Of a stretch of DNA of 64,000 bases, positions 1 to 11,299 are shown one piece after another. The notes beneath the pieces were generated by a model, which saw only the letters and a list, made by a program, of their open reading frames with translations, did not search any database and had not been told where the DNA came from. Positions within the stretch are counted from its first letter, which is position 1, and each line of letters begins with the position of its first letter. Source of the DNA: Podarcis erhardii (taxonomy: Eukaryota); NCBI GenBank assembly GCA_964252035.1, contig CAXUOO010000297.1, one strand, 5' to 3'. Made by a program: the position numbers and the translations under genes.

Positions 1-3000
1 AACGTAGATTCTATACAGGACGTGCTGGCGGTAAGCGCGTTTTTCCAGTGAGTAGATTCTGGGATTTGAAGAAACGCTGATGTCGGCGAAGAGCTGTTCT
101 GTGGTTCTATGTTTTGCAGTGTTTTTCTGCAATCGATTCAGTTCAATATGAGTAGTGTGAGGGCGTCGATGCGTTCTAGATCTTTTATTTTTTATGGTTG
201 CTGATGAATGCGACTGTGCGATGAACATGCGACATACTAAGAAGGTACAACTGCATTAGTGCTAGATTGGTATCGCGGAACATGAGGCGATGATTTGTAG
301 CATCGATATATCGTTTGAGATGATTGAGAACTGGGGGTTACGAAGAACATTTGCATATTTCTAATGTGTGTCAGGTATTCTCGAGCGGTCCAAGAAGTCC
401 TGCATCGACAATCAAATGAATACAATTTATTGTACATCGTCGCAAGTCAATTGGCATCGTCTGCGTGACGGATGAGGGTTGCGTGTTCTGTGTATGCTCT
501 GTTGGTGATGAGGAGACGCTGCTTTGTTTTGCGATTCCGGAATGCGTTAAAGATGTCTCCAAAGATATATACATGACGCTTCGGTGAGCGCGATTGTTTT
601 CAGCTAGTATAATCGGATGCTGCATTGGCTCATAAGCAGCTCCGAGATAGACTCGGAGGGTGCCTATTTTATTACACAGATATTTATATCCAGTTTGGAA
701 TGTGGCAGTATATAGTGCGTAACAAGGGAGAAGAAATTTGTACGAACAAGTAGAGCGTAGCGGATGCCTGGTCGTTTATATGTTGATGAGAACCTGTTTC
801 TGAAGGCCACTCAAGTGTTGAAATGATCAATATGCTTGACTTGTCGAAAATGTGTCGTTGTCGAGAGTCGCTGTTCTCAGCCGCTGGTACAATTCTGAAA
901 GGTGTCGCTTGATGCTGCAAAAAATCAGCTCTAGATTTTTGGATTGTTGGCTAAAACACACGGCTTGTGGGCAGTTTGTGCCGCCTGCTTAGTGCTTGGA
1001 AGTTCGGCATATAGACTATCTAAACGGGAAGAATATATCGCATGGCTAGCACATAGTGCAATAGTGTATAAACAAGACTGCAAACGTGTGTTATAGGATC
1101 TGGTGGTCAGTGTAGTATTGGCGAAAGCAAACCGATTTTGTTGAAACTGATGATGTGCAGAGATGCGAGCAGAATGGCGCGGTGAGGAAAAAGGCAACTG
1201 CAAGAGAGTCTTCGTCTATCACAGATGAGATGATATCATAGTGCTGACTGCTTTTATATAAGCAGGGATAAGAATTTGTGAGCTTTTTTATGTGATGGTA
1301 ATTTGTGTAGCAGTTTCTACACTGTGGGCGGTAGTTGCAGTATGGTGGGTATAGGAACTGCGCAAGGGCGTTTCTTTCCAACGCTATTCGTTCAACTAGT
1401 CAACCAAACGTGTCAGCAGAATTAAAGATTGGCATAGATCTTTCGGTCATAGAAAAAGCTAAACTGCTAGACGCCTTCATATGATACTGGTTCTTTCCTG
1501 GTTTCGCGTAGCTGGCATTTCTGTTTCGGTCTTAGACTGTGACAAACAATCATGATAGAAGTTTCATTTGTAAAAAGCAGAGCGTACGGTTTCCCTGTCT
1601 CAACAGCGTTTTGTATCAGGACATTGGTTTATTGATTCATAGCCAGTGAGGTTCTGTGATGTAGCCTTGACTAGAGAGTCTGACTTCGAGGAACCGCGGT
1701 TGTATTTGAATCTCTCAGAACATAGGAAGAGACATGCGGTTTTGTGCTTAAATTTGGGTTAGAGAGGTCGAGGTCAGATCACACTTGGATTGCTTTGACA
1801 GCCTGTAAGTGCGTTTGTTAAGAAATGCGCGCTAGAGTAGATATAGAAAGCTGAGATGTAACGTGTCATGGCAGGTTTAATAAATGATTCACACAATGAA
1901 TGGCGAATATGAAAAACGGGGACTGTTTTTCATATCTGGTCAAATCGAGTTGTTCGCAGTCAGGGCAAAATTACAATTCGTATGAATGCGAAGAAAGAAT
2001 ATGAATGGCTTGAGCGATTGACAATGAATGTTTACAAGGAAGAACCGTGTAGACTCTTGATAGCGTAAAATAGGTGTTCCGTTGTCTGAAGAAGGTGACG
2101 TCATTAAGGCTTGGAAACTAGCTCTGTGTGTGTGAACGTCGTTCGCTTACATGAGATGAGCGGCTGAAGAATTTTCTGTGTGTATACTTTCTGAAAAAAA
2201 CAACGTAGATGCTATACAGGACGTGCTGGCGGTAAGCGCGTTTTTCCAGTGAATAGATTCTGGGATTTGAAGAAAAGCTGATATCGGCAAAGAGCTGTGC
2301 TGTGGTTCTATGCTATTGCAGTGTTTCTCGACAATAGAACCAGTTCAATATGAGCAGTGAGTGATGGCGTCGATGCGTTTTGGATGTTTTATCTTTTACG
2401 ACTGCTGATGAATGCGACAGTGCGATGAACATGCGACATACTAGGAAGGTACAACTGCACTAGTGCTAGATTGGTATCGCGGAACATGACGCGATGATTT
2501 GTAGCATCGAGATATCGTTTGACATGTTTGAGAACACGAAGGTATGGGGAACATTTGCTTATTTCTAATGTGTGTCAGGTATTTTCGAGCGGTCCAAGGA
2601 GTCTTGCATCGACAATCAGATGAATACAAGTTATTGTACATCATCGCAAGTCAATTGGCATCGTCTTCGTGACGGATGAGGGTTGCGCGTTTTGTGTATG
2701 CTCTGCTGGTGACGAGGAGACGCTGCTTTGTTTTGCGATTCCGGAATGCGTTAAAGATGTCTCCAAAGATATATAGATGACGCTTCGGCGAGCGCGATTG
2801 TTTTTAGCTAGTATATTCGGATGCTGCATTGGCTCATAAGCGGCTCCGAAATAGACTCGGAGGGAGTCTATTTGATTACACAAATATTTTAATCTAGTTT
2901 GGAACGTGGCAGTATATAGTGCGTGATAGGAGAAATGAGATATATTTCAACAAGTAAGGCGTTTTAGATGCCTGGTCGTTTATATGTTGATGAGAACCTG

Positions 3001-6000
3001 TTTCTGAAGGCCACTCAAGTGTTAACATGATCATTCCGCTTGACCTGTCGAAAATGTGTCGTTGTCGAGAGTCGCTGTTCTCAGCTGCTGTACGATTCTG
3101 AAAGGTGTCGTTTGATGGTGCAGAAAATCAGTTCTAGATTTTTGGTTTGTTGGGTAAAGCACACGGCTTGTGGGCAGTTTGTGCCGCCTGCTTAGTGCAT
3201 GGCGGTTCGGCATATAGACTATCTGTAGGGGGAGAATATATCGCATGGCTAGCACATAGTGCAATAGTGTATAAACAAGACTGCAAACGTGTGTTATAGG
3301 ATCTGGTGGTCAGTGTAGTATTGACGAAAGCAAACCGAATTTGTTGAAACTGATGATGTGCAGAGATGCGAGCAGAATGGCGCGGTGAGGAAAAAGGCAA
3401 CTGCAAGAGAGTCTTCGTCTATCACAGATGAGATGATATCATAGTGCTGACTGCTTTTATATAAGCAGGGATAAGAATTTGTGAGCTTTTTTATGTGATG
3501 GTAATTTGTGTAGCAGTTTCTACACTGTGGGCGGTAGTTGCAGTATGGTGGGTATAGGAACTGCGCAAGGGCGTTCCTTTCCAACGCTATTCGTTCAACT
3601 AGTCAACCAAACGTGTCAGCAGAATTAAAGATTGGCATAGATCTTTCGGTCATAGAAAAAGCTAAACTGCTAGACGCCTTCATATGATACTGGTTCTTTC
3701 CTGGTTTCGCGTAGCTGGCATTTCTGTTTCGGTCTTAGACTGTGACAAACAATCATGATAGAAGTTTCACTTGTAAAAAGCAGAGCGTACGGTTTCCCTG
3801 TCTCAACAGCGTTTTGTATCAGGACATTGGTTTATTGATTCATAGCCAGTGAGGTTCTGTGATGTAGCCTTGACTAGAGAGTCTGACTTCGAGGAACCGC
3901 GGTTGTATTTGAATCTCTCAGAACATAGGAAGAGACATGCGGTTTTGTGCTTAATTTTGGGTTAGAGAGGTCGAAGTCAGATCACACTTGGATTGCTTTG
4001 ACAGCCTGTAAGTGCGTTTGTTGAGAAATGCGCGATAGAGTAGATATAGAAAGCTGAGATGTAACGTGTCATGGCAGGTTTAATAAATGATTCACACAAT
4101 GAATGGCGAATATGAAAAACGGGGACTGTTTTTCATATCTGGTCAAATCGAGTTGTTCGCAGTCAGGGCAAAATTACAATTCGTATGAATGCGAAGAAAG
4201 AATATGAATGGCTTGAGCGATTGACAATGATTGTTTACAAGGAAGAACCGTGTAGACTCTTGATAGCGTAAAATGAGTGTTCCGTTGTCTGAAGAAGGTG
4301 ACGTCATTAAGGCGCGGAAACTAGCTCTGTGTGTGTGAACGTCCTTCGCTTACATGAGATGAGCGGCTGAAGAATTTTCTGTGTGTATACTTTCTGAAAA
4401 AAACAACGTAGATGCTATACAGGACGTGCTGGCGGTAAGCGCGTTTTTCCAGTGAATAGATTCTGGGATTTGAAGAAAAGCTGATATCGGCAAAGAGCTG
4501 TGCTGTGGTTCTATGCTATTGCAGTGTTTCTCGACAATAGAACCAGTTCAATATGAGCAGTGAGTGATGGCGTCGATGCGTTTTGGATGTTTTATCTTCT
4601 ACGACTGCTGATGAATGCGACAGTGCGATGAACATGCGACATACTAGGAAGGTACAACTGCACTAGTGCTAGATTGGTATCGCGGAACATGAGGCGATGA
4701 TTTGTAGCATCGAGATATCGTTTGACATGTTTGAGAACACGAAGGTATGGGGAACATTTGCTTATTTCCAATGTGTGTCAGGTATTTTCGAGCGGTCCAA
4801 GGAGTCTTGCATCGACAATCAGATGAATACAAGTTATTGTACATCATCGCAAGTCAATTGGCATCGTCTTCGTGACGGATGAGGGTTGCGCGTTTTGTGT
4901 ATGCTCTGCTGGTGACGAGAAGACGCTGCTTTGTTTTGCGATTCCGGAATGCGTTAAAGATGTCTCCAAAGATATATAGATGACGCTTCGGCGAGCGCGA
5001 TTGCTTTTAGCTAGTATATTCGGATGCTGCATTGGCTCATAAGCGGCTCCGAAATAGACTCGGAGGGAGTCTATTTGATTACACAAATATTTAATCTAGT
5101 TTGGAACGTGGCAGTATATAGTGCGTGATAGGAGAAATGAGATATGTTTCAACAAGTAAGGCGTTGCAGATGCCTGGTCGTTTATATGTTGATGAGAACC
5201 TGTTTCTGACGGCCACTCAAGTGTTAACATGATCAATCCGCTTGACCTGTCGAAAATGTGTCGTTGTCGAGAGAAGCTGTTTTCAGCTGCTGTACGATTC
5301 TGAAAGGTGTCGCTTGATGCTGCAGAAAATCAGTTCTAGATTTTTGGTTTGTTGGGTAAAGCACACGGCTTGTGGGCAGTTTGTGCCGCCTGCTTAGTGC
5401 ATGGCGGTTCGGCATATAGACTATCTGTAGGGGGAGAATATACTGCTTGGCTAGCACTTAGTGCGGTACTGTATAAGCACGTCTGCAAAACTCTGCTATA
5501 GGATCTGGTGGTCGGTGTAGTATTGGCGAGAGCAAACCGAATTTGTTAAAACTGATGATGTGCAGAGATGCGAGCAGAATGGCGCGGTGAGGAAAAAGGC
5601 AACTGCAAGAGAGTCTTCGTCTATCACAAATGAGATGATATCATAGTGCTGACTGCTTTTATATAAGCAGGGATAAGAATTTGTGAGCTTTTTTATGTGA
5701 TGGTAATTTGTGTAGCAGTTTCTACACTGTGGGCGGTAGTTGCAGTATGGTGGGTATACTACAGAAACTGCGCAAGGGCGTTTCTTTCCGACGGTATTCG
5801 TTCAACTAGTCAACCAAACGTGTCAGCAGAATTGAACATTGGCGTAGATGTTTCGGTCATAGAGCAGGTTAAACTGCTAGACGCCTTCGTATGATACTGG
5901 TTCTTTCATGGTTTCGCGTAGCTGGCATTTCTGTTTCGGTCTTAGACTGTGACAAACAATCATGATAGACGTTTCATTTGTAAAAAGCAAGCGTACGTTT

Positions 6001-9000
6001 TCCCTGTCTCGACAGCGTTTTGTAGCACGACATTTGTTCAATGATTCATAGCTAGTGAGCTCTTGTGATGTAGCCTTGAGTAGAGAGTCTGACTTTGAGG
6101 AACCGCGGTTGTATTTGAATCTCTCAGAACATAGGAAGAGACATGTGGTTTTGTGCTTTGATATGGGCTAGAGAGATCAATGTCAGATCACACTTGGATT
6201 GCTTTGACAGCCTGTAAGTGCGCTTGTCAAGAAATGAGCGACAGAGTAAATATAGAAAGCTGAGATGTAACGGGTCATGGCAGGTTTAATAAATGATTCA
6301 CACAATGAATGGCGAATATGGAAAACGGGGACTGTTTTTCATATCTGGTGAGATCGAGTCGTTTACAGACTGGTGCAAAATTACCATTCATATGAATGCG
6401 AAGAAAGAATATGAATGGCTTGAGCGATTGACAATGAATGTTTACAAGAGTAAACCGTGTAGACTCTTGATAGCGTAAAATGAATGTTTCGTTGTCTGAA
6501 GAAGGTGACGTCGCTAAGGCGTGGATACTAGCTCTGTGTGGACGTCTTTCGCCTACATGAGTTGAGCGGCTGAAGCGTTTTCTGTGTGTATAGTTTCTCA
6601 AACAAACAACGTAGATTCTATACAGGACGTGCTGGCGGTAAGCGCGTTTTTCCAGTGAGTAGATTCTGGGATTTGAAGAAACGCTGATGTCGGCGAAGAG
6701 CTGTGCTGTAGTTTTGTGGTATTGCAGTGTCTTTCGGCAATCGATTCAGTTCAATATGAGAAGCGAGTGATGGCGTCGATGCGTTCTGGACCTTTCATCT
6801 TTTATGATTGCTGATGAATGCGACTGTGCGATGAACATGCGACATACTAAGAAGGTACACCTGCATTAGTGCTAGATTGGTATCGCAGACATGAGGCGAT
6901 GAATTGTAGCATCGATATATCGTTTGAGATGATTGAGAACTGGAAGATACGGGGAACATTTGCATATTTCTAATGTGTGTCAGGTATTCTCGAGCGGTCC
7001 AAGAAGTCCTGCATCGACATTCAAATGAATACATTTTATTGTACATCGTCGCAAGTCAATTGGCATCGTCTGCGTGACGGATGAGGGTTGCGTGTTTTGT
7101 GTATGCTCTGTTGGTGATGAGGAGACGCTGCTTTGTTTTGCGATTCCGGAATGCGTTAAAGATGTCTCCAAAGATATATACATGACGCTTCGGTGAGCGC
7201 GATTGTTTTCAGCTAGTATAATCGGATGCTGCATTGGCTCATAAGCAGCTTCGAGATAGACTCGGAGGGTGCCTATTTTATTACACAGATATTTATATCC
7301 AGTTTGGAATGTGGCAGTATATAGTGCGTAACAAGGGAGAAGAAATGTGTACGAACAAGTAGAGCGTAGCGGATGCCTGGTCGTTTATATGTTGATGAGA
7401 ACCTGTTTCTGAAGGCCACTCAAGTGTTGAAATGATCAATATGCTTGACTTGTCGAAAATGTGTCGTTGTCGAGAGTCGCTGTTCTCAGCCGCTGGTACA
7501 ATTCTGAAAGGTGTCGCTTGATGCTGCAAAAAATCAGCTCTAGATTTTTGGATTGTTGGCTAAAACACACGGCTTGTGGGCAGTTTGTGCCGCCTGCTTA
7601 GTGCTTGGAAGTTCGGCATATAGACTATCTAAACGGGGAGAATATATCGCATGGCTAGCACATAGTGCAATAGTGTATAAACAAGACTGCAGACTTGTGT
7701 TATAGGATCTGGTGGTCAGTGTAGTATTGGCGAAAGCAAACCGATTTTGTTGAAACTGATGATGTGCAGAGATGCGAGCAGAATGGCGCGGTGAGGAAAA
7801 AGGCAACTGCAAGAGAGTCTTCGTCTATCACAGATGAGATGATATCATAGTGCTGACTGCTTTTATATAAGCAGGGATAAGAATTTGTGAGCTTTCTTAT
7901 GTGATGGTAATTTGTGTAGCAGTTTCTACACTGTGGGCGGTAGTTGCAGTATGATGGGTATAGGAACTGCGCAAGGGCGTTTCTTTCCAACGCTATTCGT
8001 TCAACTAGTCAACCAAACGTGTCAGCAGAATTAAAGATTGGCATAGATCTTTCGGTCATAGAAAAAGTTAAACTGCTAGACGCCTTCATATGATACTGGT
8101 TCTTTCCTTGTTTCGCGTAGCTGGCATTTCTGTTTCGGTCTTAGACTGTGACAAACAATTATGAGAGAAGATTCATTTGTAAAAAGCAGAGCGTACGTTT
8201 TCCCTGTCTCGACAGCGTTTTGTAACACGACATTTGTTCAATGATTCATAGCCAGTGAGCTCCTTTGGTGTAGACTTGAGTAGAGAGTCTGACTTCGAGG
8301 AACCGCGGCTGTGTGTAAATCTCTCAGAACGTATGAACAGACATGTGGTTTTGTGTTTACATTTGGGATAGAGAGATCGATGTAAGATCACAATTGGATT
8401 GCTTTGACAGCCTGTAAGTGCGTTTGTCAAGAAATGAGCGACAGAGTAAATATAGAAAGCTGAGATGTAACGGTTCATGGCAGGTTTAATAAATGATTCA
8501 CACAATGAATGGCGAATATGAAAAACGGGGACTGTTTTTCATATCTGGTCAAATCGAGTTGTTCGCAGTCAGGGCAAAATTACACTTCGTATGAATGCGA
8601 AGAAAGAATATGAATGGTTTGAGCGATTGACAATGAATGTTTACAAGGGAGAACCGTGTAGACTCTTGATAGCGTAAAATGAGTGTTTCGTTGTCTGAAG
8701 AAGGTGACGTCGCTAAGGCATGGATACTAGCTCTGTGTGGATGTCTTTCGCGTACATGAGTTGAGCGGCTGAAGCATTTTCTGTGTGTATACTTTCTCAA
8801 ACAAACATCGTAGATTCTATACAGGACGTGCTGGCGGTAAGCGAGTTTTTCCAGTGAATAGATTCTGGGATTTGAAAAAACGCTGATGTCGGCGAAGAGC
8901 TGTGCTGTGGTTCTATGTTTTGCAGTGTTTTTCTGCAGTCGATTCAGTTCAATATGAGTAGTGAGTGATGGCGGCGATGCGTTCTGGATCTTTTATCTTT

Positions 9001-11299
9001 TATGATTGCTGATGAATGCGACTGTGCGATGAACATGCGACATACTAAGAAGGTACAACTGCACTAGTGCTAGATTGGTATCGCGGAACATGAGGCGATG
9101 ATTTGTAGCATCGATATATCGTTTGTCATGTTTGAGAACACGGAGGTATGGGGAACATTTGCTTATTTCAAATGTGTGTCAGGTATTTTCGAGCGGTCCA
9201 AAGAGTCTTGCATCGACAATCAGATGAATACCATTTATTGTACATCATCGCATGTCAATTGGCATCGTCTTTGTGACGGATGAGGGCTGCGCGTTTTGTG
9301 TATGCTCTGTTGGTGATGAGGAGACGCTGCTTTGTTTTGCGATTCCGGAATGCGTTACAGAAGTCTTCAAAGGTATATAGATGACGCTTCGGCGAGCGCG
9401 ATTGTTTTTAGCTAGTATATTCGGATGCTGCATTGGCTCATAAGCGGCTCCGAAATAGACTCGGAGGGAGTCTATTTGATTACACAAATATTTTAGTCTA
9501 GTTTGGAAGGTGGCAGTATATACTGCGTAATAGGAGAAATGAGATATGTTTCAACAAGTAAGGCGTTTTAGATGCCTGGTCGTTTATATGTTGATGAGAG
9601 CCTGTTTCTGAAGGCCACTCAAGTGTTAACATGATCAATCCGCTTGACCTGTCGAAAATGTGTCGTTGTCGAGAGAAGCTGTTCTCAGCCGCTGGTTTGA
9701 TTCCGAAAGGTGTCGTTTGATGCTGCAGAATATCAGTTCTAGATTTTTGGTTCGTTGGGTAAAGCACACGGCTTGTGGGCAGTTTGTGCCGCCTGCTTAG
9801 TGCATGGAGGTTCGGCATATAGACTATCTAAACGGAGAGAATATATCACTTGGCTAGCACATAGTGCAATAGTGTATAAAAAAGTCTGCAAAAGTGTGGT
9901 ATAGGATCTGGTGGTCGGTGTAGTCTTGCCGACAGCAAACGGAATTTGTTAAAAATGATGATATGCAGAGATGCGAGCAGAATGGCGCGGTGAGAAAAAA
10001 GGCAACTGCAAGAGAGTTTTCGTCTATCACAGATGAGATGATAGCTTAGGGCTGACTGCTTTTATATAAGCAGGGATAAGAAGTTGTGAGCTTTTGTATG
10101 TGATGGTAATTTGTGTAGCAGTTTCTACACTGTGGGCGGTAGTTGCAGTATGGTGGGTACACTTCAGGAACTGCGCAAGGGCGTTTCTTTCCAACGCTAT
10201 TCGTTCAACTAGTCAGCCAAACGTGTCAGCAGAATTAAGAATTGGCATAGATGTTTCGGTCATAGAAAAAGTTAAACTGTTAGACGCCTTCATATGATAC
10301 TGGTTTTTCCCTGGTTTCGCGTAGCTGGCATTTCTGTTTCGGGCTTAGACTGTGACAAACATTCATGATAGAAGTTTCATTTGTAAAAAGCAGAGCGTAC
10401 GGTTTGCCTGTCTCGACAGCGTTTTGTATCAGGACATTGGTATAATGATTCATAGCCAGTGAGCTCCTGTGGTGTAGCCTTGAGTAGAGAGTCTCACTTC
10501 GGGGAACCGCGGTTGTATGTGAATCTCTCAGAACATATGAAGAGACATGTGGTTTTGTGCCTAAGTTTGGGTTAGCGAGATCGAGGTCAGATCACACTTA
10601 AATTGCTTTGACAGCCTGTAAGTGCGTTTGTCAAGAAATAAGCGACAGAGTAAATATAGAAAGCTGAGCTGTAACGGGTCATGGCAGGTTTAATAAACGA
10701 TTCACACAATGAATGGCGAATATGAAAAACGGGGACTGTTTTTCATATTTGGTGAAATCGAGGTGTTCGCAGTCAGGGCAAAACTACCATTCATATGACT
10801 GCGAAGAAAGAATATGAATGGTTTGAGCGATTGACAATGAATGTTTACAAGGAAGAACCGTGTAGACTCTTGATAAAGTAAAATGAGTGTTTCCTTGTCT
10901 GGAGAAGGTGACGTCGCTAAGGCTTGGATTCTAGCTCTGTGTGGACGTCTTTCGACTACATAAGTTGAGCGGCTGAAGCATTTTCTGTGTGTATACTTTC
11001 TCAAACAAACAACGTAGATTCTATACAGGACGTGGTGGCCGTATGCGCGAATTTTTCAGTGAATAGATTCTGGGATTTGAAGAAACGCTGATGTCGGCGA
11101 AGAGCTGTGCTGTGGTTCCATGCTATTGCAGTGGTTTTCGACAATAGAGCCAGTTCAATATGAGCAGTGAGTAAAGGCGTCGATGCGTTCTGGATGTTTT
11201 ATCTTTTATGACTGTTGATGAATGCGACTGTGCGATGAACATGCGACATACTAAGAAGGTTCAACTGCACTAGTGCTAGATTGGTATCGCGGAACATGG

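Noticed and set aside
31-48. GTAAGCGCGTTTTTCCAG looks like an 18-nt spliceosomal mini-intron; GTAAGTGCGTTTGTTAAG at ~1805 is similar
   Set aside because: GT...AG pairs are frequent in G/T-rich DNA. The ends are not kept in D2/D3. Removing the first leaves a TGA immediately downstream in the candidate frame. Only RNA-seq junction reads could revive it.
1-2201. tRNA, 5S rRNA, snRNA or spliced-leader gene inside the unit (e.g. GGTTCGG at ~1002/3205, GGTTTAAT at ~1874)
   Set aside because: I found no cloverleaf, complete B box or recognisable 5S/U-snRNA/SL sequence. The short matches vary among monomers or end after a few bases. An Infernal/Rfam and tRNAscan-SE run would be decisive.
304-2466. 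10-bp palindromes CGATATATCG (304), ATGATATCAT (1230), AACCGCGGTT (1692) and GCACTAGTGC (2457)
   Set aside because: About two are expected by chance per 2.2 kb. Most are disrupted in some monomers and in the divergent lineages.
6293-7560. Protein-like + strand frame (MIHTMNGEY..., MICSIEISF..., MPGRLYVDENLFLK...) with stop codons alternating with sense codons between monomers (TAG/CAG, TAA/CAA, TGA/TGG), suggesting a reassigned genetic code such as tables 6, 27 or 28
   Set aside because: These swaps are single transitions, the commonest neutral change. Unit lengths are mostly not multiples of three. 1-, 4- and 5-bp indels segregate among monomers. A small by-eye comparison with D1/D2 showed no third-position bias. 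All three stops would have to be reassigned. A codon-position or dN/dS test on the full alignment would settle whether the ancestor was coding.
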